From IMG/VR virus record IMGVR_UViG_3300032323_002498: a DNA stretch of 64,000 nt; one strand, written 5' to 3'. Below, piece by piece: positions 47,401 to 56,919 of the stretch. The notes below the pieces were generated by a model. The model saw nothing but the letters and a program-made list of their open reading frames with translations, had not been told where the DNA came from and did not search any database. This stretch comes from an uncultured virus (IMG/VR IMGVR_UViG_3300032323_002498). Its lineage: Duplodnaviria; Heunggongvirae; Uroviricota; Caudoviricetes. A program made the translations under genes and the position numbers. How positions within the stretch are numbered: the first letter of the stretch is position 1; each line of letters opens with the position of its first letter.

Positions 47401-47718
47401 ACCCTTGATGAGCCTGAGCCCGCTGCGGTCAATCAATCGCCTTTCACCCCACAGGGTCGGGCAGCGCAAGAGCTGCGTCAATTTAATGAGTCGTTGCGCC
47501 AAACAGAGGAACGCCAGCGCCAGCAGCGTCAGAGTCCTCCAGCGCCCAGCACCCGTGGCGTCCCTGGACTCAACCCCACGCCAAGCGCTCCCAGCCAGCC
47601 TGGTGCATCAAACGCCCCTGCCAACTCCAGCGCTCGCTCCATGATGCAGTCGCTGTTCCCGTTTGACACCATCAGCGGGATGGCGGCGCAGCAACAGCCG
47701 CCTGCTGCGCCAAGGTAA
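44470..47718 (+). CDS. large internal virion/ejection protein
   Basis: 1082 aa, helical, Gly-zipper hydrophobic segments; last gene of the late operon. Confidence 0.65.
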   Translation: MSKEDSIPAGLEEVTRPRARMFGETASDVPEGLVEATPSTMDRLSQYAQGAGQGLLTATPTVTGAVAGLKLGLPLGPVGAVGGMVAGGVGGFYAGQSAEEAYKGFFPEPADPTAKVYREAGKTFGGSLPFMAAVPYLPTMTGNRVSRFVTSIRDAAVRNPKTFKTSEVMGALGASLGAGIAESEDPGAPGTRLAGEVVGGVLFPGRFLINQTGTVMDGLSKIATNFNAGSREARAANRLYTILEEFGEDIPTLIRRLEADMPIDQLSMPGGKRITPTSAQKTDSLGLTALESALGQTNKKFLGEAREQGRQAAQAYQLLTDRLKNIGTQDALFLAAQLQEARFTSMLDGRLQDADRIAALKVSKLTKDTPEARKAIGATIKEQTELALRDARDYESSLWKGALDSLTKPDLKASRKRTVVGQDPQTGKDIVRYIPAAPSIDPTNTANSFAERAASVGQALYDTAIPKPVRDIMDAMGVNQDSVKKFREGRRTRQYLETGQVPQSFLPKTKPISIDELVNYRSTLLKMSREAAGKGDVNNANFYGTMAEGMLQDLNSLKNPEFEEARQFSKSLNDVFTRTFAKTASETGDVAGSGAERLPAEILVTRAFGSNADVTAMRMNEIEGAVKFMSKRYDDAVRAFGADSPQAIALKPAADVSRAGAASLADAQQRVLRMGASAAIDTRFDPATGREVTRVNTKKLNDFVKENKPMLDKLGMTADLTDVVKAENAFRMVQNENSALMKRAADQYAFGNVLKAGGERPSTALGTILSGNTPVRDMQNLVKMATEAENSTAAVRGLKSSLYDYAYTKATSPNGSFSPQAFEDAFFKPLGPNLPSVANIMRANGIMTLSEMKGLKRLTDPMIRIERSMASGRTLDEIVPGSDAVEELVQRVIGARIGTAAAPSGPGVLIAASAGSKAVRSIFDKMPGLNTVTLLERAAQDPAYAALLLKKGRTEREKLQIARQLHGYMLNSGLTYATLDEPEPAAVNQSPFTPQGRAAQELRQFNESLRQTEERQRQQRQSPPAPSTRGVPGLNPTPSAPSQPGASNAPANSSARSMMQSLFPFDTISGMAAQQQPPAAPR

Positions 47719-48376
47719 GTCTCGCCATCCACTGGGTCTTGAAGTTTCGCCACTCTCGACCCGTGGTGGTGAACTCCTGCGTTGTGCCGTCCTGCACTGC
47801 AATCAGCACCGCACCGAAGTCAATGTTGGTGCCGTACATCCAGTCGTGCGCCGTGGCATACGCTGCGAGCTGATGAAAGTAGTCGGTGATGTACTCGTGG
47901 CGCTTGGGCTTGACCGACTGTTTGAAGTCCACAATGGCCAGCTTGCCACGGTACGTGGCCACCAGGTCGGTGGAACCGGCGTACTGGTAGCCGTAGTGCA
48001 GTGACACTTCCGAGCCGTGAATCTCGGAGATCGCGCCAAAGTACTTGTTGGCCAGGCGAAAGGCCATCTCGTAGCCTCTCATGGCCAGCCAGTCAGGGCT
48101 CACGGCCCACGGCTCACCGCTCAGGATGTGCTCAAGTGCCAGATGCATGTGCGTGCCCACCCATGAGGCCTCCGCTTTCTGGCGATCGGCATCGGCTTGG
48201 CCAACCCGATCGGCCCACTCCTTGAGCGCAGCCTTGTCCTTGGTGCGGTCCAGGATGGTTGTCACCGACGGGACATGTTCGTTATTTGGCAAAACGTAAA
48301 CACGTCCGGCCGACGTGTCAATTCTTTCGAGTTTTTTGTACACGAAGCGGGTGGACCAGGGGATCAGATGAGCCAT
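47672..48376 (-). CDS. PD-(D/E)XK exonuclease
   Basis: PSVTTIL, GT.MH..LE, E..L...YAG.TD......IVDFK....QL.AY. Confidence 0.88.
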   Translation of the reverse strand: MAHLIPWSTRFVYKKLERIDTSAGRVYVLPNNEHVPSVTTILDRTKDKAALKEWADRVGQADADRQKAEASWVGTHMHLALEHILSGEPWAVSPDWLAMRGYEMAFRLANKYFGAISEIHGSEVSLHYGYQYAGSTDLVATYRGKLAIVDFKQSVKPKRHEYITDYFHQLAAYATAHDWMYGTNIDFGAVLIAVQDGTTQEFTTTGREWRNFKTQWMARLTLAQQAAVAAPPSR

Positions 48377-49818
48377 GCTTTGATTTCCTCTCCCAGTACT
48401 TGGGTTGCGATGTCGATCTTTGAGCGCAGCGCCTTGACGATCTTCTCGTCCACGGTGCCCACGGCCATCAAGTCAATGTAGGTGACGTTCTTGGTTTGGC
48501 CAATGCGGTGTGCCCGATCCTCGGACTGCAGGCGTTTTTCCAGGTCAAAGCTGTTGCTGTAGTAGACCGTGGTGTGGGCCGCTGTCAGGGTCAGGCCGTA
48601 GCCGCCGGTGCTGGGGTTGGCGACGAAAAAGCGCAGCTCGCTGTCAGGGTCCTGAAAGTCGTTGACGATGCGCTGGCGCTCCTCCGATTCGGTGTCGCCG
48701 TAGTAGGTGGCCACGCTGTTCATGCCGTACTCTTTGGCCAGAGCGATCTTGATGGCCTCGATGTCGTGGCGATAGTTGGCCCAGATGATGATCTTGCCGT
48801 CCGTCTCCTCGACAATGGCCAAGAGCTCGTCCAGGCGCTTGTTGGGCAGCTCCACCACCGTGCCGTCATCCAATTTCACGTGGCCGCAGACGATCTGGTG
48901 CAGGCGCATGATCTGCGTGAGGGCGTTTACGGTGCTCACAATGCCGCCGTCAATCTGCGCCAGAGCCAGCGCCTTCATCTCGTTGTACGCCTTGATCTGC
49001 TCGGGCGTCAGGTCCACCTCTCGCTTGATGTAGAGCTTGTCTGGCAAGTCCAGGCACTCTTCCTTTTTCACGCGGAAGGCAAAGCGGTCGAGCTTTTCTT
49101 TGAGCTCGTCCAGACGCCTGTAGCCCACCACCTGCTTGAAGCTGTGGGTGTTGAGCTGGCGCTCGACGGTGACGCAGTAGCGGGCCTGGAAGACGTAGAA
49201 GCTGCTGACGTTCAGGCAGCCGTCGGACAAGAAAGCACACTGCTGGTACAGGTCCATCGGGCTCTTGGTGACCGGGGAGCCCGTGAGGATGCGCCTGTAC
49301 CGCGCGCCACGGCCCACCTTCTCAGTGTTCTTGCTGCGCGCAGAGGTGTGGGTCTTGATGGTGGTGCTCTCGTCGATCGCCATCATGGCGTTGTGCACCA
49401 GCAAAAAGCGCTTGGCGTAGGCCGTGCCCTTGGCCGTGCTGAAGGCCTCGACGTTCATGACCAGGATTTTGAGGTCTTCTGTGACGGTGAACAGGTCGTC
49501 CATCGCCTTTTGCTCGGCCTTGCGCGGGTTGGGTGACCAGATGGCCATGCGGTAGACGATGTGATCGGGTAAGTGCTTAGGGATTTCAGTGTCGTACCAG
49601 TTGCGGTAGACGCCTTTTGGCGCTACGATCAAAAACCCGTTGATCTTGCCCCTGTCGTAGAGTATGGCCACGTTGTTGATCAGCATGAAGCTCTTGCCTG
49701 TGCCCATGTCGGCAAAAAGAGCTGCTACCTGGAAGTCCCAGAAGCGCTGAAGGTAAGCCTGTTGATGGACAAACGGCTTATTCTTGAAGGGGTAGGTCGA
49801 TAAAAATTGATCAGTCAT
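48364..49818 (-). CDS. SNF2-family (SF2) helicase
   Basis: DMGTGKS, IDES..IK, LTGSP, GG.GLTL, QSEDRAHRIGQ. Confidence 0.93.
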   Translation of the reverse strand: MTDQFLSTYPFKNKPFVHQQAYLQRFWDFQVAALFADMGTGKSFMLINNVAILYDRGKINGFLIVAPKGVYRNWYDTEIPKHLPDHIVYRMAIWSPNPRKAEQKAMDDLFTVTEDLKILVMNVEAFSTAKGTAYAKRFLLVHNAMMAIDESTTIKTHTSARSKNTEKVGRGARYRRILTGSPVTKSPMDLYQQCAFLSDGCLNVSSFYVFQARYCVTVERQLNTHSFKQVVGYRRLDELKEKLDRFAFRVKKEECLDLPDKLYIKREVDLTPEQIKAYNEMKALALAQIDGGIVSTVNALTQIMRLHQIVCGHVKLDDGTVVELPNKRLDELLAIVEETDGKIIIWANYRHDIEAIKIALAKEYGMNSVATYYGDTESEERQRIVNDFQDPDSELRFFVANPSTGGYGLTLTAAHTTVYYSNSFDLEKRLQSEDRAHRIGQTKNVTYIDLMAVGTVDEKIVKALRSKIDIATQVLGEEIKAWLI

Positions 49819-49839
49819 GTATATCTTTCTGGCAGGGGG

Positions 49840-49869
49840 TTGCAATGCCCTGAAAAGATAGTGTACACT
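49840..49869 (+). promoter_or_regulatory. promoter of the replication operon (divergent region)
   Basis: TTGCAA-18 bp-TACACT; AGAAAGGAGAA leader downstream. Confidence 0.6.
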
Positions 49870-49900
49870 GCCTGTTCGAATTCAGAAAGGAGAAATTCAC

Positions 49901-50245
49901 GTGCCCAAGGTTTACGTCGTCTCAGAGACTACGCAACACAACATCGCAAGCGCTCTGGACTATGGCCAGATCGAAACTATTTTGCCGCCCAACGCGCAGA
50001 TAGCATTCTCTGTTGTACCGACAGTCCGCCGCATTCAGCGCAAGCTGGAGAAATTTACTGACGAGGACTTCCTGCTCCTCATCGGTGACCCGTCTGCCAT
50101 AGGTATCACCTGTGCAGTAGCGGCCGCAAAAAACAGCGGTCGTTTTAAGTGCCTCAAGTGGGACAAGCGCGAGCGCCGCTACATTCCGCTGGAGGTTGAT
50201 TTGTTCAAGAAAGGAGAAAGTGATGAGTCTTACGAATTTATTTGA
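49901..50245 (+). CDS. conserved hypothetical protein
   Basis: GTG start after AGGAG; D.LLL.GDP...LKWD.....Y. Confidence 0.7.
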   Translation: MPKVYVVSETTQHNIASALDYGQIETILPPNAQIAFSVVPTVRRIQRKLEKFTDEDFLLLIGDPSAIGITCAVAAAKNSGRFKCLKWDKRERRYIPLEVDLFKKGESDESYEFI

Positions 50246-50777
50246 AGATGACGCCGGTGCGTTGAAGGTATCTGACGAGCAGGTAACTGGCATCGCTGGC
50301 CTGGCCAAGCGTGCCAAGATGCTCGAAAAAGAGATTGCAGAGATGGAGGAGACTCTGTCTGAGCGCAATGAGCAGTACCGCAAGCTCACCGAGCAGACTA
50401 TCCCAGAGGCCATGGCCGAAACTGGGATGAAGAAATTCGTCATGGAAGATGGCAGCAGTATCGACATCAAGCCGTTCTACGGAGCGAGCATTCCAAAGGC
50501 GCGCCAGTCCGAAGCCTACCAGTGGCTGCGCGACCACGGTTTTGACGACATCATTAAAAACACCATCAGCGTTCGCTTTGGACGCGGTGAAGACGAGCTC
50601 TCTGTTCGTCTACTGAATCTCCTGGGCGAGCAAGGCTACCCTGCCGAGCAAGCACAGAAGATAGAGCCCCAGACCCTCAAGGCCTGGGTCAAGGAACGTG
50701 TTGAGAAGGGCGAGCCCGTCGACACTGAGCTTTTTGGCGTATTCATTGGCCAAAAAGCTGTCATCAAATCAACTTGA
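50223..50777 (+). CDS. conserved replication-module protein
   Basis: IPE.M.E.G...A..WLR..G..DIIK...TLKA.VKE. Confidence 0.7.
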   Translation: MSLTNLFEDDAGALKVSDEQVTGIAGLAKRAKMLEKEIAEMEETLSERNEQYRKLTEQTIPEAMAETGMKKFVMEDGSSIDIKPFYGASIPKARQSEAYQWLRDHGFDDIIKNTISVRFGRGEDELSVRLLNLLGEQGYPAEQAQKIEPQTLKAWVKERVEKGEPVDTELFGVFIGQKAVIKST

Positions 50778-50794
50778 AACAAGGAACACGAATC

Positions 50795-51568
50795 ATGGCT
50801 AAGAACGAAATCGCGGAAAAGACTGCCAGCACCGCACTGGCGATCATGAGCGACCTGGAACAGGACGCTGGAGCCGGCTTTGACGGCATGACGCAGGAAG
50901 ACTATGCATTGCCTTTCCTGCGCCTGCTCACCAGCACCAGCCCTGAAGTTGGCGAAGTTGACGGTGCTCTTCCGGGCATGGTCCTTAACTCCGTCACGGG
51001 TGAGCTGTTTGACGGCAAGAAAGGTATCACCGTTGTGCCGTGCGCCTATGTGCGCCAGTACATCGAGTGGGCCCCACGCGGTCAAGGCAGCGGTGCACCT
51101 GTGCATATCTATCCTGCAACCAGCGACATCCTGTCGCAGACTCACAAAGAGCCTGGCGACAACAAGGACTACCTGGACAATGGCAACTACATCGAGAACA
51201 CGGCCAACTACTACGTGATGTTGGTCAGCCAGGACGGCGTGCCTGAGCCTGCTTTGATCACCATGAAGTCCACGCAGCTCAAGAAGAGCCGCAAGTGGAA
51301 CTCCATGATGCAGTCAGTCAAGCTGCAGGGCAAGAACGGCCTGTTCACCCCTCCGATGTACAGCCAGCTTTACCAGCTCACCACCGTTGGCGAGTCCAAC
51401 GACAAGGGCAAGTGGTTTGGCTGGGAGATCGAGCGCCTCGGCCCTGTCGAGAGCAGCGACATTTACAATGCAGCCAAAGCATTCGCACAATCGGTCAGTG
51501 CGGGTGACGTGAAAGTGAAACACGAAAGCGAGTCTGGAGCATCCGGCAACGGTCCAGCACCATTCTGA
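50795..51568 (+). CDS. single-stranded DNA-binding protein (putative)
   Basis: D..LPFL..L...SP, YIEW, MKSTQLKKSRKWN, G.WFGW; C-terminal ...PF. Confidence 0.7.
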   Translation: MAKNEIAEKTASTALAIMSDLEQDAGAGFDGMTQEDYALPFLRLLTSTSPEVGEVDGALPGMVLNSVTGELFDGKKGITVVPCAYVRQYIEWAPRGQGSGAPVHIYPATSDILSQTHKEPGDNKDYLDNGNYIENTANYYVMLVSQDGVPEPALITMKSTQLKKSRKWNSMMQSVKLQGKNGLFTPPMYSQLYQLTTVGESNDKGKWFGWEIERLGPVESSDIYNAAKAFAQSVSAGDVKVKHESESGASGNGPAPF

Positions 51569-51573
51569 TTTTC

Positions 51574-51668
51574 GGGGCCGAAAATGTTCGGGAGACTGAT
51601 AGTTGTTGCACGCCAGGTAGCTCCTGGCTGGCAATCTTCGGGTACCCCTTCCGGCTTGAGTAGGCCCC
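51574..51668 (+). ncRNA. putative structured RNA hairpin with a loop-E-like motif
   Basis: GGGGCC-GAAA...AGTA-GGCCCC closing stem; inner TCGGGAG/CTTCCGG and GCCAGG/CCTGGC stems. Confidence 0.45.
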
Positions 51669-51687
51669 ACCTCACTAGAAAGAAGAA

Positions 51688-53220
51688 ATGACCGACATCA
51701 CCAGGTTCAAAGCGATTTTTTCCGGCCTGGACATCGCCTATGGAACATACAAAATTGAATCCTCCCGAGGAGACGGGAAACAGGCAGGCAAGGCCGTCGT
51801 GGTGCGCAAGCCACCGACTGACGACTTGTGGACCAAACACCTTGAGGGCGTTGAGCCGAGTCTGGGAATTATCCCGATCCGGGCGGATAACTCCTGTATC
51901 TGGGGCTGTATTGACATTGACCAGTATCCACTGGACCACGTTGGCCTCATCAAAAAGGTAAGGAGCCTCGAGCTCCCAGTGGTGGTGTGCCGCAGCAAGT
52001 CAGGTGGCGCGCATGTCTTCCTGTTCACCCGAGAACCCATACCCGCTGCTGAGATGCAGCGGTTTCTCAAGGCTTGCGCTGCCCTGTTGGGCGAAGCAGG
52101 CCGCGAGATATTCCCCAAGCAAGCTGAAATCCTGGTTGACCGTGGCGACACGGGCAACTTCCTGAACCTGCCGTACTTCGGCGGGGACATGACCATGCGC
52201 TACGCCATCAAAGATGATGGCTCGGCTGCGACGCTCGAAGAGTTCTACGAGCTGTACGAGCAATGGGTCCAGGGCCCTGACCTCAAGTATCCAGAGGAGC
52301 CGAAGGAGCCTGATCACCCGATCAAGGACGGCCCTCCCTGCCTGCAGGCGCTGTGCGCCCAAGGCGTACCCGAAGGCACGCGCAACAACGCCCTCTTCAA
52401 CATCGGCATCTACCTCAAGAAAGTCATCCCCATACACTGGGACGACGCCCTGGTAGAGCACAACCTCAAGTATGTCTCGCCGCCGCTGCCCAACAACGAA
52501 GTCCAGATTCTGGTCAAGCAGCTGCACAAGAAAGACTATCGCTACAAGTGCAAGGACGCACCGCTCAACAGCTTTTGCAACAGCGGCCTTTGCAGGACAC
52601 GCAAACACGGGATCGGGGCCCACGGGCCAGACTCCCCGCAGATGTCCTCGCTGTCCAAGTACAACTCCGAGCCGCCGCTGTGGTTCCTCGACATCAACGG
52701 CAAGCGCATCGAGCTCGACACCGAGAGCCTGTTTGCACAGGCCGCATTCCAGAAAGCCTGCGTCGAGAAGCTCAACCTCCTGCCGCCCACACTGCGTAAG
52801 CAAGACTGGGAGCAACTGCTCAATGCGCTGCTCAAAGAGATGGTGGAGACCGAGCAGATCACCGAGGCCAGCGAGGACACCAGTATCACCGGCCGCTTCA
52901 ACGATCTGCTCGAAGAGTTCTGCACACACCTGCAGCAGGCAATGGACCGCGACGAAATACTCATGGGCCGTCCATGGACGGACGACGAAGAGGCCAAGAC
53001 CTACTTCCGCATGAAGGACCTGGAGGCGCACCTGGTGCGCAACAACTTCAAGGGCATGACGCATCCAAAGATGGCCCAGCGCATTCGCGATCTGGGTGGC
53101 GAGCCCATCAGCCTCTTCCTCAAGAACCGCGCAGCACGGTGCTGGCGCATCCCACGCTTCAGCCGCCAGGACGCGCCATTTGAGACACCAGAGCAGCGCA
53201 CACAAAGGAGTCCCTTCTGA
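51688..53220 (+). CDS. AEP-superfamily primase with a PriCT-like domain
   Basis: WGCIDID, RSKSGGAH, GN.LNLPY, PPCL...EG.RNN.LF. Confidence 0.85.
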   Translation: MTDITRFKAIFSGLDIAYGTYKIESSRGDGKQAGKAVVVRKPPTDDLWTKHLEGVEPSLGIIPIRADNSCIWGCIDIDQYPLDHVGLIKKVRSLELPVVVCRSKSGGAHVFLFTREPIPAAEMQRFLKACAALLGEAGREIFPKQAEILVDRGDTGNFLNLPYFGGDMTMRYAIKDDGSAATLEEFYELYEQWVQGPDLKYPEEPKEPDHPIKDGPPCLQALCAQGVPEGTRNNALFNIGIYLKKVIPIHWDDALVEHNLKYVSPPLPNNEVQILVKQLHKKDYRYKCKDAPLNSFCNSGLCRTRKHGIGAHGPDSPQMSSLSKYNSEPPLWFLDINGKRIELDTESLFAQAAFQKACVEKLNLLPPTLRKQDWEQLLNALLKEMVETEQITEASEDTSITGRFNDLLEEFCTHLQQAMDRDEILMGRPWTDDEEAKTYFRMKDLEAHLVRNNFKGMTHPKMAQRIRDLGGEPISLFLKNRAARCWRIPRFSRQDAPFETPEQRTQRSPF

Positions 53221-53459
53221 TGTTGAAGATTGATGGACACGACGACGCGATCATCGGGCCTGCCCTGATATGGCGGAACAACACCATGGTGAGCGTCCTG
53301 GTGTACGACGCGGAAGTGATCCGCAACACGCTGGTGACACGTGACGCTATGGCCTTTGATGATGCACGTGAGTACATCGAGTTCAACATCGAGGGCGCAT
53401 ACATGGGGGAGCACACCCCCGTGCTGGTCTGGCCATACGACGAGTGGAGCGAGGAATGA
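53220..53459 (+). CDS. small acidic conserved phage protein
   Basis: DGHDDAIIG...A.EY..FNI.GAY.GE.TP. Confidence 0.75.
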   Translation: MLKIDGHDDAIIGPALIWRNNTMVSVLVYDAEVIRNTLVTRDAMAFDDAREYIEFNIEGAYMGEHTPVLVWPYDEWSEE

Positions 53460-54955
53460 ACATCACCAAAGTGTTCGGCCCGCCAGGGTCCGGCAAGACC
53501 ACCTACCTGCTGAGCATCGTTGAGACCGAGCTGGCCAACAACGTGCATCCGATGAAGATCGGCTACTTTGCTTTCACCAAGAAGGCGGCTACTGAAGCGC
53601 GCGACAGGGCCATCCAGAAGTTCCCGCACCTGCACCCCGAGACCGACTTCCCGTTCTTTCGCACGCTGCACAGCCTGGCCTACCGGTGCCTTGGCATCAG
53701 CACCAAGGACATGATGTCGCCAGAGCACTACCGCGAGTTTGCCCAGGAGGCCGGCATTGAGCTGGCCATCGAAAACGGCGATGAAGAGTTCGCGGTCAAG
53801 GCCGACAACCCCATCCTCAACGAGATCAACATCGCCCGCATCCGGGGCGTGGACCTCAAGACCCACTACAACCAGTCCAAGATGGATATCGAGTGGTATC
53901 ACTTCGAGTACGTCGAGCGGGCTTACCGGCACTACAAGGTGTCGCGCAACCTGCTGGACTTCACCGACCTCCTGGAGCACGTGCTGCTGGAGCCCGAGCG
54001 CCTGCCTAAGCTGGAGGCCCTGATCATCGACGAGGCGCAAGACTTGTCACGTTTGCAATGGAGGCTGGTCGAGCAACTCGCGTTGCGAGCCCAGCGCGCC
54101 TTTCTGGCAGGAGACGACGACCAGGCTGTTTACACTTGGGCTGGAGCCGACGTCGCAAGTTTCCTGGGGTTTACAGGTGATGTCAAAGTCCTTGATCAGT
54201 CCTACCGAGTCCCCGCCAAAATCCACGCCTTAGCCAACAGGGTGGTCACCCGCATCAAGCACCGCCAGCCCAAGGTCTGGAAGGCACGCGAAGAGGTGGG
54301 CAGCATCAACTACTACAACGACTTCCAGCAGGTCGACATCAGCCACGGCAACTGGCTCATCCTGGCCAGCACCAACTACATGCTCACGGACATGCACGAC
54401 TGGATCAAGAGCCAGGGCCTGCTGTTCGAGCGCCACGGACAACGCAGCGTCAGCGAGAACATCCTGATCGCGGTGCTGGGCTGGGAGAAGCTGCGCAAGG
54501 GCGGCGAGGTGCCGTTCCCCGTCGTCAAGCTGATCTACAAGTACCTGGATGGCGATTACATCAAGCACGGCCACAAGATGCTACGCACGGCCGACCCGAA
54601 TAGTATGTACACACTCTTTCTGCTGAAAGAAAAGCACGGACTTCTTTCAGAGGAAATCTGGCACAAGGTGCTGACCAAGATCAGCGCGGACCGCCGGGAC
54701 TACCTGGTCTCGCTCCTGCGCCGCAACACAAAGCTCACGGGCAACGTGCCCATCAAGTTGTCCACGATCCACGGAGCCAAGGGCGGCGAGGCGGACAACG
54801 TGCTGCTGCTGTCTGACCTGTCCACGCGCTTTGCGAAGGACTACGAAAAGAATTCAGACGACATCAATCGTCTGCTGTACGTGGGCATCACCCGCGCCAA
54901 ACAATCGCTGCACATTGTGCTGCCAAAGAATGAACAGAAAGGCTTCCGACTATGA
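53456..54955 (+). CDS. UvrD/Rep-family (SF1) helicase
   Basis: GPPGSGKTT, IIDEAQD, GDDDQA, QSYR, STIHGAKGGE, YVGITRA. Confidence 0.95.
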   Translation: MNITKVFGPPGSGKTTYLLSIVETELANNVHPMKIGYFAFTKKAATEARDRAIQKFPHLHPETDFPFFRTLHSLAYRCLGISTKDMMSPEHYREFAQEAGIELAIENGDEEFAVKADNPILNEINIARIRGVDLKTHYNQSKMDIEWYHFEYVERAYRHYKVSRNLLDFTDLLEHVLLEPERLPKLEALIIDEAQDLSRLQWRLVEQLALRAQRAFLAGDDDQAVYTWAGADVASFLGFTGDVKVLDQSYRVPAKIHALANRVVTRIKHRQPKVWKAREEVGSINYYNDFQQVDISHGNWLILASTNYMLTDMHDWIKSQGLLFERHGQRSVSENILIAVLGWEKLRKGGEVPFPVVKLIYKYLDGDYIKHGHKMLRTADPNSMYTLFLLKEKHGLLSEEIWHKVLTKISADRRDYLVSLLRRNTKLTGNVPIKLSTIHGAKGGEADNVLLLSDLSTRFAKDYEKNSDDINRLLYVGITRAKQSLHIVLPKNEQKGFRL

Positions 54956-56829
54956 AGCGCGATACCAAGACCATGTCTATGTTCCCTCGGATTTCCGAGT
55001 GGCTGCCCCCACAGACATTCCCTAACCTGAGCGAAGCCAAGGAGATTGCAATTGACCTGGAAACCTGTGATCCGAACATGGAGTCGCTTGGTCCTGGCTG
55101 GCCTCGCAACGATGGTTTTATCGTCGGGTACGCAGTCGCCGTGGATGGGTGGGCTGGCTACTTTCCTGTTGCTCATGCTGGTGGTGGAAACCTGGATAAA
55201 CGCCTGGTGGAACGATGGGTGGCGGACGTTCTCCGTACCCCCGCCGACAAAATCATGCACAACGCCGCCTACGACCTCGGATGGCTGCGGGCCACGGGAT
55301 TCGAAGTAAACGGCACGATCTACGACACCATGCTGGCCGCGCCAGTGCTGGACGAAAACCGCTTTTCCTACAGCCTCAACAGCCTGGGCTTTGACTACCT
55401 CAAGGAAATCAAGTCTGAGCAGGGTCTCAAGGAGTCGGCGCAGGACTTTGGTGTGCACCCCAAAAAGGAGCTGTGGAAGCTGCCTGCCATGCATGTGGGC
55501 GACTACGCCGAGCAGGACGCGGCGCTGACTCTGAAGCTGTGGCATCACTTCAAGGCGCTCATGCGCAACGACGAAGTGGAGTCGGTGTTCAAGCTCGAGA
55601 CCGAGGTGCTGCCAGTGCTGGTGGACATCACGCTCAAGGGCATCAACTTTGATCGCGCCAATTGCGAGCGCCACATGGCTGAGATGCGCAAGAAGGAGAT
55701 CGCAATCCTGAAGTACCTGAAGGAGCAGGCCGGCATGCAGGTGGACATCTGGGCTGCGCAGTCCATTGCCACTGCGTTCGACCGTCTGGCCATCGAGTAC
55801 CCCAAGACAGCTGCTGGCGCGCCGAGCTTCACCAAGAGCTTCCTGGACACCCATGAGCACCCCATGGCCAAGATGATCCTGGAGGCCCGGGAGCTGAACA
55901 AGACCCACGGCACGTTCTTGGAGCCGTACCTCAAGCACAGCGCCAAGGACGGGCGCATCCACACCCACTTCAACCAGATGCGCAACGAAGACGGCGGCAC
56001 GGTGACTGGGCGTCTGTCTGCGGCCAGCCCAAACCTCCAGCAAGTGCCCGCGCGCCACGAGATCATCGGCCCGATGGTGCGGGGCCTGTTCCTGCCCGAG
56101 GAGGGCCAGCTTTGGGCGGCGAACGACTTCTCCTCGCAGGAGCCGCGCTTGTTGGTGCACTATGCCACACTCCTGGACCTGCCAGGCGCAGAAAAGATGG
56201 CGAGGGCTTACCGCGACGACCCGAACACGGACTTCCACCAGATGGTCGCCGACATGGCCGGCATCAAACGCAAGGCTGCCAAGACGATCGGCCTGGGCCT
56301 GATGTACGGCATGGGCAAAGCCAAGCTGGCCAACAGCCTGGACCTGCCCATCGACGAGGCCAGCGAGCTGATCGCCACGTTCCACAGCAAGGTCCCGTTC
56401 CTCAAGGGCACGGTGGACGCCGTCATGAAGCGCATCGACCATCCGGCCTCTGGCGGCTCGATCCGCACGCTGCTGGGCCGCAAGTGTCGGTTCCCGCTTT
56501 GGGAGCCCGTGGAGTGGGGCGTGAACAAGGCGCTGCCGCGTGAGCAGGCCATCATTGAATACGGCTCACGGATCAAGCGCGCGGGCACCTACAAGGGCCT
56601 GAACCGCCTGATCCAGGGCTCGGCCGCAGACCAGACCAAAGCAGGCATGGTGGCGCTGAGCAAGGCAGGTTTTAATCTGCTGCTGCAGGTGCACGACGAG
56701 GTGGCGTTGTCTGTGCGCAACATCGACGAGGCCCGCGAGGCCGCAGACATCATGGCCAAGGCCGTGACCCTGGAAGTCCCCTCCCGAGTGGATGTGGAGA
56801 CTGGACCAAGCTGGGGCGAAGCCGCATAA
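54952..56829 (+). CDS. polA: family A DNA polymerase with 3'-5' exonuclease
   Basis: DLET, HNA.YD, YA.QD, TGRLS...PNLQQ, DFSSQEPR, K...LG..YG, QGSAAD, VHDE. Confidence 0.96.
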   Translation: MKRDTKTMSMFPRISEWLPPQTFPNLSEAKEIAIDLETCDPNMESLGPGWPRNDGFIVGYAVAVDGWAGYFPVAHAGGGNLDKRLVERWVADVLRTPADKIMHNAAYDLGWLRATGFEVNGTIYDTMLAAPVLDENRFSYSLNSLGFDYLKEIKSEQGLKESAQDFGVHPKKELWKLPAMHVGDYAEQDAALTLKLWHHFKALMRNDEVESVFKLETEVLPVLVDITLKGINFDRANCERHMAEMRKKEIAILKYLKEQAGMQVDIWAAQSIATAFDRLAIEYPKTAAGAPSFTKSFLDTHEHPMAKMILEARELNKTHGTFLEPYLKHSAKDGRIHTHFNQMRNEDGGTVTGRLSAASPNLQQVPARHEIIGPMVRGLFLPEEGQLWAANDFSSQEPRLLVHYATLLDLPGAEKMARAYRDDPNTDFHQMVADMAGIKRKAAKTIGLGLMYGMGKAKLANSLDLPIDEASELIATFHSKVPFLKGTVDAVMKRIDHPASGGSIRTLLGRKCRFPLWEPVEWGVNKALPREQAIIEYGSRIKRAGTYKGLNRLIQGSAADQTKAGMVALSKAGFNLLLQVHDEVALSVRNIDEAREAADIMAKAVTLEVPSRVDVETGPSWGEAA

Positions 56830-56889
56830 TGAAGTCGGGGTGAACAGCAGTTGCCCCTTTCTTTGCGAGAACGACTTTGGGCCAGGGGA

Positions 56890-56919
56890 TTGCCTCTGGC
56901 CCATTTTTTCCGATACACT
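56890..56919 (+). promoter_or_regulatory. promoter
   Basis: TTGCCT-18 bp-TACACT inside the GGGCCAG/CTGGCCC inverted repeat; AGAAAGGAGAA leader. Confidence 0.55.

Noticed and set aside
47672..48376. Cas4-like nuclease as evidence of CRISPR-Cas
   Set aside because: Ordinary phage PD-(D/E)XK exonuclease with no Fe-S Cys cluster, array or cas1/cas2
51574..51668. tRNA or hammerhead ribozyme
   Set aside because: No cloverleaf or TTCGA arm, and no correctly arranged CTGANGA/GAAA core
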